From positions 66,278,001 to 66,342,000 of the forward strand of contig NC_043006.1 of assembly GCF_006345805.1 (NCBI RefSeq): 64,000 nucleotides of DNA. The letters run 5' to 3'. Position 1 is the stretch's first letter, and each line of letters opens with the position of its first letter. The notes under the pieces are model-generated. The model ran no database searches. It was not told the DNA's origin and worked only from the letters and a program-made list of their open reading frames with translations. The translations under genes and the position numbers were made by a program. This document shows positions 28,237 through 39,993 of the stretch, one piece after another. The stretch is from Octopus sinensis (lineage: Eukaryota).

Positions 28237-28418
28237 TTTTTGCCACCCTATATTGATTAATTATGAATTTTCTGGTTAATTCCGTAATGGAATCGGCGGC
28301 TTATATTTATTTGCTGCCGATAATTTGGCGCGAGTGCGATGATTTGAAAATTTTAGGTCAGATATTGCCGAGGCAGGGACGGAAATGCCTCGTGAAAAAT
28401 ATCTGTTCCGACTTGGCT

Positions 28419-28524
28419 ATTTCTTACTGATGATTCTAAGGGCCTATGGTAGATTGGCTTGATTTAATTTAATCAGGTTAGTTTACCATTAAACAGTAGA
28501 TGAAACGGTGCATCGTATAGAAAT
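28419..28524 (+). ncRNA. Type I hammerhead ribozyme motif (A, unit 1)
   Basis: CTGATGA at 28427; 19-bp G:U-rich helix at 28446-28464 / 28471-28489; GAAA at 28502; GTA at 28515-28517. Confidence 0.8.
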
Positions 28525-28890
28525 TACAGGGTAAATGTTTTTTTAATTTTCTCCTGGTTTACGGAATTGATGTTATTTTGCGGTTGAAGCTTTTGGCTGT
28601 TATTTCTAGTGGGTGAATGGCCTATTATGGCCGTTCCTTGATTGTGATGTTGAACTTAAAATGGTCTATGACTATTTAATTTTTTCCCACTAGGCCGCTG
28701 GTGGCAAATTTTTTGCCACCCTATATGATTAATTATGAATTTTCTGGTTAATTCCGTAATGGAATCGGCGGCTTATATTTATTTGCTGCCGATAATTTGG
28801 CGCGAGTGCGATGATTTGAAAATTTTAGGTCAGATATTGCCGAGGCAGGGACGGAAATGCCTCGTGAAAAATATCTGTTCCGACTTGGCT

Positions 28891-28996
28891 ATTTCTTACT
28901 GATGATTCTAAGGGCCTATGGTAGATTGGCTTGATTTAATTTAATCAGGTTAGTTTACCATTAAACAGTAGATGAAACGGTGCATCGTATAGAAAT
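28891..28996 (+). ncRNA. Type I hammerhead ribozyme motif (A, unit 2)
   Basis: Same motif 472 bp downstream: CTGATGA at 28899, GAAA at 28974, GTA at 28987-28989. Confidence 0.8.
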
Positions 28997-29121
28997 TAAT
29001 TACAGGGTAAATTTTTTTTTAATTTTCTCCTGGTTTACGGATTGATGTTATTTTGCGGTTGAAGCTTTTGGCTGTTATTTCTAGTGGGTGAATGGCCTAT
29101 TATGGCCGTTCCTTGATTGTG

Positions 29122-29201
<80 letters not shown>

Positions 29202-29338
29202 TATATCATATATAGATATATAGATATATCATATATATATATATATATATATATATAACAATATGTATATACACGCGCACACATACACACACATACAACA
29301 CATAAATACATACATCTCCATACACACAAACATACATA

Positions 29339-29591
29339 CAGTAATCCTTCGCCATATCGCAGTTCACCTATCGTAGTTCACCTATCGCGGTTTACCAATC
29401 GCGGGTTATTATTTAAGCTTACGTCGATTCCTCCGTGGCGTTGTTTTACATTTATAATAAAATAGATATATACAAATCATAAAAAATAATGATAAAATAT
29501 ACAGTACTGTGCTGTTTCTACTTCGCGGATTTTCACCTATCGCGGGAGGCGGGGTTGGAAAGTAACACCCGCGATAGTCGAGGGATTACTG
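29339..29591. mobile_element. Tigger/pogo-like MITE
   Basis: TIRs cagtaatccttcgccatatcgc / gcgatagtcgagggattactg; subterminal ttcacctatcgc repeats. Confidence 0.8.
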
Positions 29592-29656
29592 CATCATTAT
29601 TCTGTACCAACACTGTCATACGATGCGGCCAGCGTTCTCCAACTCCCACTGTGAAT

Positions 29657-29955
29657 ACGCGTAGCTTAGTGGTGAGGGGTATTCGGATCACTATCGTGAG
29701 TTCGATACTCGGCAGGCGCATTGTGTTCTTCAGCATGACACTTTGTTTCACGTCACTCCGAAATGAGTTGCACCTGTATTTCGGAGGAGCAACCTTGTTA
29801 CATTCTGGGCCTTGCTGAAACTCCTTAATCACTACGTCAAGGTTACACGAGTCTGTGGAGCGCTCAGCCACTTGCGCATAAATTTCACGAGCAGGCTGTT
29901 GTTCCGTTGATCGCATCAACGGGAACGCTTGTCGTCGTAACCGACGGAGGGCCAG
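29657..29955 (+). mobile_element. tRNA-derived SINE, family 4
   Basis: A box tagcttagtgg, B box gagttcgatac and tail gtcgtcgtaaccgacggag; related copies at 51730-51940(+) and 56488-56785(-). Confidence 0.75.
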
Positions 29956-30554
29956 TTCTTCCCCAGCTACAGCAATCTTTCTCTCCGCCACAAATCCATT
30001 TGTCCACTACGGGTCTGTTCTATTATCATACTCTTGTTAGCTACAGATATAGAACCGATTTTCCGGACACTGATGATCCGGAATTCATTACAAGCCGCAC
30101 TAATTAACACTGATTGTACAGATATTTCATTTAATTCTTTTATTCTTTCTTTTCCCCCTTTACTTCTTTCAGTCACTTAACTGCGACCATGCTGGAGCAC
30201 CATCATTAGTCGAACAAATCGACGCCAGGACTCATTCTTTGTAAGTAAGCCTAGTACCTATTCTATCGGTCACTTTTGCTAAACCGCTAAGGGACGCTGA
30301 CGTAAATGCACCAACATCGGTTGTCAAGCGATGATGGGGGTGGGGACAAACACAAACACAAACATACACACACATACATATACATATATACGGCTGGTTT
30401 CTTTCAGTTTCCATCTACCAAATCCACTCACAAGACTTTGGTCTACCTGAAGCTATAGTAGAAGACACTTGTCCAAGGTATCACACAGGATTGAACCTAG
30501 AACCATATGGTTGGTAAGCAAGCTACTTACCACACAGTCATTCCTGCGCCTGAT

Positions 30555-31162
30555 ATGAGTTTACGCTGAAGGAAAAGAAGGAGATTATCGATGCTGCGGA
30601 AAACGTTATTGTCGGGCCCCTCGTATCATTAGTAATATCTGATACAAGTTACCGCCCCTTGTATTGTCCGACATGTTTAACTCTAGAAGAAATAGCAAAG
30701 GAGGTAATGCATAACGAAGAGCTGGTGGAAAGTGAAGACGACGAGGTAATTGTGGAAGAGGAATACGTTTCGTTTGCAGATACCCAGAGAGCATGGAGCA
30801 CTATCCGAAAGTTTATGCAGCAGCAGAGCAGCGGAAAACCCAGCGTCATGCAGGCGTGTGATAGGCTAGACAACGAAATGAATGAAATCCGCCGAAAGAA
30901 GATGCGTCAGCCGACAACTTTTGAGAGCTTCGTGATTAACTAAAAGCAATCTGAACTTAATAAACTTGGATGTCTTCTTTTTACCATTGCATTGAACTTC
31001 TTATTGGCCTTACTTCCTACCCTATGGATTTTTATTCGCATGTTCAGTAAATTTTTTGGTTATGTAGTGTTTAGATAACAGACCCTCGGTACTATGTCAC
31101 TCTCGGTACTATGCTACTTTGGCTCAGTCCCGCAGGGTGGCATAGTAGCGAGAGTTGACCGT
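30555..31162 (+). mobile_element. pogo/Tigger-like transposon deletion derivative
   Basis: ORF 30659-30943 has an acidic tract and a KKMRQPTTFESFV C-terminus typical of Tigger transposases; right end tagtagcgagagttgaccgta is followed by TA. Confidence 0.6.
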
Positions 31163-31171
31163 AATATATAT

Positions 31172-31218
<47 letters not shown>

Positions 31219-32118
31219 TATATATAATATATATATATATATACATATATAATATATGTAAAAGTAAAAAAATACAAACTGGGACAAGAAGGTGAAACAT
31301 TAGAAGACGACACAAAAAACACGGACGGGACATTCGAAGCCTTCAATCTTCAGTCAAGAACCGGATCATCCTCGCAATTTGTCAACCAAATCCACTCACA
31401 AGGCTTTGGTCGGCCCGAGGCTAGAGTAGAAGACACTTGCCCAAGGTGCCACGCAGTAAGTAAATTTAACATTTGTTTAACTTAAAAGGCGGTGACTTGG
31501 CAGAATCGTTAGCACGCCGGGCTCGTCCGCCTTTACGTTTTAAGTTCATATTCCAGCGAGGTCGACTTTGCCTTTCGTCCTTCCGGGGTCGATAAAATAA
31601 GTAACAGTTATGCACTGAAATCGATGAGATCAACTTCCCTCCCCTCTCCGAAAATACAGGGCCTGCGCCAAAATTTGAAGCTAATATTTCTTTAATTTAG
31701 AAGGTGCTGAATAAGGTGGCCAACCCGTGCTCGGATAAATAATCCCGAATCGTTTTGAAACCAAAAGCTCTGACTGGGCTCCTCTGTCATAGTGCCGCTT
31801 TGGTACCGTAGTGCTCGCTACGTCATTAGTCCTCTTCCCCATCTCTATCTTTCCCTACCTCGGCTGTAATTTTATCCTGCATCCCAATTCCTGCTCCACC
31901 ACCGCCACCATCGCCATTATCAGAAGCACAACCACCTCCACCAACAAGAGCTTCACTGCTGCCACCGTCCTCACTGTCACCAGCACCATCTCTACCGCCA
32001 CCACCATCACCTCAACGACGTCGGCCACCACCACTATGACGACAACGACGACTATCACCACCTTCAGTACCCCCACTGCTATTCCTGCTGCCACGGCTAC
32101 AATTGTACCCCACTGCTC

Positions 32119-32169
<51 letters not shown>

Positions 32170-32204
32170 GCCTGCCTGCCTGCCTGTCTGCCTGTCTGTC
32201 TGTA

Positions 32205-32240
<36 letters not shown>

Positions 32241-32683
32241 CTATTATCATCAAAGGTTTTATCCTTGTTTTCGCCAAAGTATCTTTCCCGCCATCCTTAC
32301 ATTCTGGTCCAGCTACCGCTATATTATGCACCAGCACCAGCAGCAACAGCAGCAGCAGCACCACCACCGCCACCCACTACCCCCTCCACCGCCACTGTCC
32401 TATACTGCGATTCCCCCCCTATATCACCACCACCACAGTTGTCCCCCATTTCCGCCACAGTCTTGTCTCACTACCGCTAGTCTGGCATTACCCCCCCCCC
32501 CGCTCTCGCCACAGTCCTACTAGATTTCCCAGCACAAATAACGTCCTTTTTCCAATGCTTAGAGCCCTTCCCTGCCAGAATGCAGTCTTACCCCACCAGC
32601 ACAAACACAACCCTGCCCCACCAGCACGAACATAGTCCTGCCCTCACTTTCACCACCGCCCTCAGACCTACAACTACCACCCT

Positions 32684-32734
<51 letters not shown>

Positions 32735-32757
32735 ACAAACACACACACACACACACA

Positions 32758-32797
<40 letters not shown>

Positions 32798-33470
32798 CCA
32801 TCTTAGCAAAACCAGTGTTCTCTCCTCTGTAGTACACAACTCATTCTGTTTGTACAAACCGCTAAATCTTTACAATAAATAACAGCTTTAAACAAACATG
32901 GTGTCGCTACTGATAAATATGCACATCACGTGACAAACTGTCCCCCTCCCCCCCTATCTCTGTCCTTGTTGTTGTGGCTGCTATACTCGTTGTTATTGTT
33001 GTTATAAAGCTTATTGTACTTTGGGTATTTACTGAGGCTGTAGGAAACTATCTTTTGCTCTTTTACTCTCTTGTTTCAGTCATTTGACTGCGGCCATGTT
33101 GGAGCACCACCTTCAGTCGGAGTAATCGATCCCAGGACTTATTATTCTTTGTAAGCCTAGTACTTATTCTATCGGTCTCTTTTTGCCGAACCGCTAAGTT
33201 ATGGGGACGTAAACATGCCAACATTGGTTGTTAGGCGATGGTGGAGGGACAAACACAGATGCACAGACACACACACTCACATATATATGGGCTTCTTTCG
33301 GTTTCCGTCCCCCAAATCCACCCCCAAGGCTTTGGTCGGTCCGAGGCTATAGTCGAAGACACTTGCCCAAGGTGCCATGCAGTGGGACTGAACCCGGAAC
33401 CATATGGTTGGAAGCAAGCTTCTTACCACTCAGTTGTATTTTCTCTTTGTGTTTTCATGTTTGGATTAAC

Positions 33471-33502
<32 letters not shown>

Positions 33503-33516
33503 AATATATATATATA

Positions 33517-34273
33517 TAAGAATGAATGTTTTTATATATAATGAACGTGAAATACAGGAAGGGACGACACGGAACACAGACAAATCATTCGAAGCTTCAA
33601 TCTTCAGTCAGACCACCGAATCATCATAGCAAATTTCGGCTGTTCAATTCTGATATTTGCTCCAACTCGGCCAGCCCCAAGAAAAAAAAAAAAACTAAGC
33701 TGTAAGCATTAGATTTCTTGGTAGAAGACAGGAATGTGAACGCACAAGACGGATGTAAATACAAGAGACGAAAACGAAATTGAAAACAGTAATGAATAAC
33801 AAAATATATATAACGGTGGTTGTCATACGACTTTAGACCAAATGAGACAAAAACAACAACAACATAGCTGGCGTAGAAATAATTACCGTTTCGGTAGCGG
33901 GGACACATGTGGTCGAGATACGATGGCCAACAGAATGGTTTAAGAAGCAGCAGGTTGCAGGAGAGAGAGAGAAAGAGAGCAGAGAGAGAGGGAATCAAAG
34001 AGGGTGGAAGGCAGGGGACAGAATCAGTGACCAAGAGAAAAGAGAAGAAGGGATTAAGGAGGATGGGAGGAAGAGGGGAGGAGGATGGGAGGAAGAGAGG
34101 GGAGAATCGGAGGGCGCCAAAAAGTTTGGTGAAGAAGCAATGGCGGGTAGGAAAGACAGTGTGTATAGAAGTCGTGCAGGGTTTAAAATTGGACAAACAA
34201 ACGGGGGGGGGGGTGCACGTAACGCCGCAATAATATAAGAATGAATGTTTTTATATATAATGAACGTGAAATA
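33517..34273 (-). mobile_element. Non-coding element with a 38-bp terminal direct repeat (Penelope-like)
   Basis: taagaatgaatgtttttatatataatgaacgtgaaata occurs at 33517-33554 and 34236-34273; inside (TA)n; related fragments at 31260-31385 and 10250-10400. Confidence 0.6.
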
Positions 34274-34279
34274 ATATAT

Positions 34280-34311
<32 letters not shown>

Positions 34312-35118
34312 CACATGTATGTATATGTATGTGTGAATATATATATATGTATATGGGCTTATTTGTGCGCAGTGTATAATAAAAGGCGGGTAAGTAGTGA
34401 ACGAAGTGATTAGATCCATGCATAAATGCTGAGAAGGAGGAGCAAGAGGATACAACTCTGCCCGTCCCCTTCTGCACTCCCCTCTTCCTCCGATTTTTGG
34501 AGTGGATTAGCCACATGCAGAGTGGATTAGTTTGATGGAGATGAACGGCGAAGAACGAAGAGACATACCCCACTCATAGCAGCTTTTGACATTGCAAGCA
34601 CATGCGAAACATCGAAGAGAAGCCACCATTTTTAATACACTAAGTGGATCAGTCACACACGAGTGAACCAATTACAATTAAATTTCACAAGAAGTGTAAC
34701 CCACAGGAGGTCTTCTGAAGTTTTTGAACTGAGATTTACCGAAGAGTCTTTTAATTAATTAAATACCAGAAGAGTTTAACCAACCACGGTTGATAGCGTT
34801 CTCTCCAAGAATTCTATCTTAGCAACCAACTAATCCTGACTCATTGTTCGCGCTTGTGCTTACACCAGGAGGATATCGCCGTGTAATATACAATATCGTG
34901 TGACATGGCCAAACAAGCGTCAGACAAGATTGACTGGAATATTATAGTAGGAGCTCTTTTGCTCTGAAGCTAAAGATATTCATGTCATGTCAGAGCGAAG
35001 CGTGAGGGTAATAATACATCTCTTGTTTTCAGGAAAGCCAGAACAAAACACGAGGTAAATACGATATGAGATTATATATATCTATAATGGAATAATTACT
35101 ATGAAGCATTGTGTAGAA

Positions 35119-35240
35119 TATATTGTATAAAGGATCGTGAGTAAGGCCAGAACTATGCGAAGTAAATACAAGGCAAATCCCAAGGTTTATGATTTGCCTT
35201 GCATTTACTTCGCGTTACTCATAATCTTTTATACAGTATA
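35119..35240. mobile_element. Short palindromic (fold-back) MITE-like element
   Basis: gcgaagtaaatacaaggcaaatc / gatttgccttgcatttacttcgc, plus outer arms at 35119-35144 / 35215-35240. Confidence 0.65.
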
Positions 35241-35688
35241 TATATATATATATAACTTTGACAGGTTTCGGTCAGTATATATAGGCCCAGGCTATGTCTA
35301 ACTTAATAGCACCACCTGATGAAATCTTTTTGTCATATATGAGGCATCATGGCCCACTCTAGCAAAGAGTTATTATTGTTGGAGACATATCCGGGTGTAG
35401 GAGGTTGGTCTGGGTTTCTTTGAAGAAATTTGTCGAGTGGACATTTGAATTTCATGGGATCTCTTTCCGTTTTGACATATTTTGGTATGGTATTAAAGAG
35501 AACTAGACCGGTTGAGGTAAAGTAGTTGTGACTTAATGTAGCTATATGTACCGAGTTCGATTTTTGTAGTGGGCGGATAGCACGGGGCCAAGTCTCGGAT
35601 GGATTTTAAAATTGATGCCAACATCATTTGTGCAATATTGATGGAAAATTTTCCACATCACACAAATGATGTCGCACTCCCGGTGGTG

Positions 35689-36633
35689 TTGAACATTTAT
35701 GGTACATTTTAGAAAAACAAGCAAGGAGTCAATATCCTCTACCATCATCACTACAAGAACTGGAGACTGTTTTAGCTGAAGAATGGACAAAATTCCTTTG
35801 GAAACAATTCAAATTTTGTACGAGTCCATACCTCGTAGAATTCAAGCTGTAATTACTGCCAAATAAATTTGTTTGAAATTTTAAGGTGTTTCCATTAATG
35901 ATATAGTTTTCCAATCTTATTGCTTTGAAGGTATGATTTTGGGGAGATAAAAATTGGAGGAAAAAGTTATAGAGGTTTAAAAATTGAAAAAATTGTAATT
36001 TTAGCCAATAGCGAGGCAGAAATTTTCTGCATTTAGCGGGGCGGTGTCAACTTTAAGGTTGTACCCTGTGATATTTATAGTTTATCGTCTGTGAAATGAC
36101 CTCTTCATTGTAGGTTTCTTAATAAACAGAAATACCAAATAAATCAACATCTTACTGTTTCTTTTGTCTCTCATTGATTTTTATTTGTATTTTTTTAATT
36201 TGTTATATTGATATATTTATCTGTATGTGTTTACTTTATGCGTATTTCAGTATTATGTATACCTGTCATGTGTTTGTGTACATCATTAATATATAAATGC
36301 ATGTGTGTGTGTGTGTGTGAAAAGGGGGCGTCTGTCTCCAAGACTACAAAGTTGAGTAACGTTTTCATGCTTGGATTTGTAAACTACAATAAGAATAACA
36401 AAGAATTTGTCTCCAAAATATATGAAATGAAATATATGTAAAAATACTAACACGCAGAAAAAAGCAAAGAAAAATATATAATATACTAACACAGAAAAAT
36501 GAAAACAAAACACGCGGGTGAAAAGAATCTCGTGGTGTGAAGATTCAACACAGAACAACGTGCGGCACAGACACGGGTGAAGTGAAACACAACACAGCGT
36601 GTGGTTGTCATGGTAACAAGCTGCTAATGCCAC
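35689..36633 (+). repeat. About 945-bp dispersed duplicate of 40966-41911 (Tc1 3' end plus flank)
   Basis: Near-identical with a few substitutions and indels; ends exactly at the family B element. Confidence 0.9.
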
Positions 36634-37614
36634 CAGCGTGGGTTAAAATTGACAAACACCATGTATTAACGGTGAAAACCGCAGCATTTAGCAGAGAGAG
36701 ATGAATTATAATTTCAACAATTGAGGGTAAAATTAATTAATTATTAATCAATTTCACCAAGTATTCAGTATGTAAAGGGACCATTATAGGCAAATTCAAA
36801 ATATTACATTATATATAAGGGCTTAGTAAAATAAATTACTTTGCCACATACTGAACTCATTAGAAATAGCAGCTAAAGAAATTTCTTCAGCTATTTCTAA
36901 TACTTAAAGAAGATCTCTCTCAGATTGTGTTTGCCTAAACCAACTCACAAAAGTATGGGGGAAAAAACATTAAAAAATCAAGTGCAAAGGTTATTTGAGA
37001 ACGTACGTTTCTAGATTAGTCAATTCGTAATTAATTAATTTTACCCTCAATTGTTGAAATTATAATTCATCTCTCTCTGCTAAATGCTGCGGTTTTCACC
37101 GTTAATACATGGTGTTTGTCAATTTTAACCCACGCTGGTGGAAAGGGGAGAGCAGAAATTCTTCGCTTGCATATTCGAATTTGATAGCACTTTTAGTTCG
37201 AGCAGAATTCTAGAGGTGATTAGAAGCCGAAAGGGTATGCTCCCGACTTTCAGTGTTCCCAAATCCGATTCAAGGAATTCTGAGCTGAAGAAAGAAATGT
37301 CGAATTGACTAATCTAGAAACGTACGTTCTCAAATAACCTTTGCACTTGACTTTTTAATGTTTTTTCCCCCATACTTTTGTGAGTTGATTTAGGCAAACA
37401 CTATCTGAGAGAGATCTTCTTTAAGTATTAGAAATAGCTGAAGAAATTTCTTTAGGTGCTATTTCTAATGAGTTCAGTATGTGGCAAAGTAATTTATTTT
37501 ACTAAGCCCTTATATATAATGTAATATTTTGAATTCGCCTATAATGGTCCCTTTACATACTGAATACTTGGTGAAATTGATTAATAATTAATTAATTTTA
37601 CCCTCAATTGTTGG
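36630..37614 (+). mobile_element. Non-coding HHR retroelement (retrozyme/Penelope-like), family B: inverted arm plus a 557-bp unit with terminal redundancy
   Basis: 36630-37027 is inverted; the forward unit 37028-37613 begins and ends with taattaattaattttaccctcaattgttg; (TA)n on the right. Confidence 0.8.
37281..37332 (+). ncRNA. Type I hammerhead ribozyme motif (B)
   Basis: tgag CTGAAGA (37285)...weak stem II...GAAA (37317), palindromic cgtacg, GTT at 37326-37328, then ctca. Confidence 0.7.
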
Positions 37615-37616
37615 AA

Positions 37617-37655
<39 letters not shown>

Positions 37656-39280
37656 TATGTATGTATATATATGTATATATGAGCAATAAAAATGGCACTT
37701 AGGCGTTCAGAATTATATCTGGTTTCACTTGAAAAAATCATGGCAAAGTCACGTGCTAAATTATATTTTAACGTGCTATAGTTTGTGTAGGTGTAATACA
37801 TATACAGAGTATACAGTGTGTCAAGAAGAGCAGAGAGCAACATTGAGAGAGAGCAGGAGAAGGAGAAAGATAGTGGGGACAAAAGAAAGAAAGACACAGA
37901 CATTAATAAAAAAGAGAACAGATGGGAAGAATGGAAAGCCCAACGATGGAAGAAGTGGGTAAATATCTTATAAAAGAAAAACCAGAATCTGCTGCTGGGT
38001 CGGATTTGACCAGTTTCTGAGAATGTATTTGCACACATGAGGGTACTGCGAAAAAATTTCTGCTCTTGGGTTCAGGAAGACCCCCCCCCCCACCCAGATG
38101 AAAGGAATTCTATACGATCGTGCGCTTCTTTGCTAAGCAGAGTCTGCATCTCCCGCTGCTTTAAACCTTCGTAAAAATTCTTACAGAAGCGTAACTCATT
38201 AAGGCTCAGCTAACCGAATCTCAATGAGCTGGGTTTCTTTAAGTCACATGTGGCCGAATCAAACTGCTCAACAATAACATATGTAATTCCTGTTAAATGT
38301 GTCAAGCGCCTTTTACTTTTGATTGTCCGTTCACTCGTATATGTAGACATAGTCGCTGTATGTGGGTGTGTGATTGTATGTATGTATGTATATATGTATG
38401 TATGTATAATCTATACGTATATTTGTCTATATACATTCATATATATATATTTGTATGTGTGTCTATGTCTATGTCTATATATATATAGGGTGCGAGCGTG
38501 TGCGCGAATGCATACACACGCACACTCACGCACACACACATGTACATACAATTGCAACGGTCACTATTACCCCAACAACCACAATCCACAACCAGTATCA
38601 TATATACATGCGTACATACATACACACACACTTCCCTCTCTGTCTTCCACGATAATCCAGCGTTTACAATACTTTTTCGTCTGGCGTTAACAGCCCTTCT
38701 TATCTTGTTCTCCTTGTCTTGTCTCTCACTGTTATATATTTATTTTCCACTGTTTATATATATATTTTTACTGTTTATATGTTTGTACTGTCGTTACCGT
38801 CTTGCTTTTTTTTACCCCTCTGCGAAAAGATCTCAGAATTTTAATTGATTTGCTTTTCGCGGGAAGGAATTTTTCTTCGAAGTATACGTCTCGCTTTTAT
38901 CCTTCGAAACGTTTAGTAGATGAAATCTTAGCGACTGAAGAAGGGGATTTTTCGTTGTGCTTATTGTCCTGTATCTCTCCCCTTTTTTTTTGCTTGTCTT
39001 GTTCCTTGGTTTGTGTCGATGTGTTTCGTCTCTCTATGTGTTCGACGTCTTTTTGGTGTCCTGTACACATATATGCGTGTATATGTACATGTAGAGGTAG
39101 GTACGTACATATATGTTTATATATATGCATATATTCTATTTTATTAACATATATATATATATATAGATATATATATATATATATATAAATACATATGTAT
39201 ATATACATATATATATATTTTTATATACATTTTTACATGTCTATATATATATATATATACATACATACATATATGTGGTG

Positions 39281-39314
<34 letters not shown>

Positions 39315-39395
39315 TATATATATACACACATATATATATACACACATATATGTATGTAAGTATGTATGTATATATATATATACATATACGTATAC

Positions 39396-39450
<55 letters not shown>

Positions 39451-39460
39451 ATATATATAT

Positions 39461-39536
<76 letters not shown>

Positions 39537-39653
39537 GTACGTACACATACACACACATATCAACTGGTGATAGTTTATACGTTATAGAGATTTATTTAAA
39601 TCGGGCGTCTTTGTCTGGTGCCAGACTGGCTAAGTGGCTGTTTCAGCACTTTC

Positions 39654-39710
<57 letters not shown>

Positions 39711-39993
39711 ACACATACATATAACCAATACACACTTATGCACCCCCACACAGACATCACATACACAAAAGATATTAGCGCATACGAACATATACGGCAG
39801 CTTAACAAATATTAATATATACGCCAATATTCAAAGCGTCGAACTGGCTGAATTGTTAGCACTGTTTGCAAAATGCTTAACGACATTTCTTCAACCTTTA
39901 CGCTCTGAGTTCGATTTCCGTCGAGGGCCGCTTTTATCCTTTCGGTGTCGATAAAATAAGGGCTTTGTAGCAAAATTTGGTTCCAATATATAT

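Larger units (their letters stand above)
27917..29123 (+). mobile_element. Non-coding HHR retroelement (retrozyme/Penelope-like), family A: inverted arm plus about 1.9 tandem 472-bp units
   Basis: 27917-28236 is the reverse complement of 28419-28735; direct units start at about 28233 and 28706; (TA)n on both sides; three HHR copies. Confidence 0.85.

Noticed and set aside
29489-30176. Overlapping ORFs of 66-152 aa
   Set aside because: They run across MITE and SINE boundaries and have no recognisable protein motif.
34740-35000. Helitron helicase remnant (FSPRI..PTNPD, HGQT)
   Set aside because: The similarity is too weak and interrupted by stops; it needs a profile search.
37425-37470. Second hammerhead at ctgaagaaa in family B
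   Set aside because: It lies in a simple hairpin with no stem II or stem III/NUH arrangement.
38860-38960. HHR from cgaaacgtt and ctgaaga
   Set aside because: The motifs are in an order that I could not close with compatible stems; at most a decayed PLE-like remnant.
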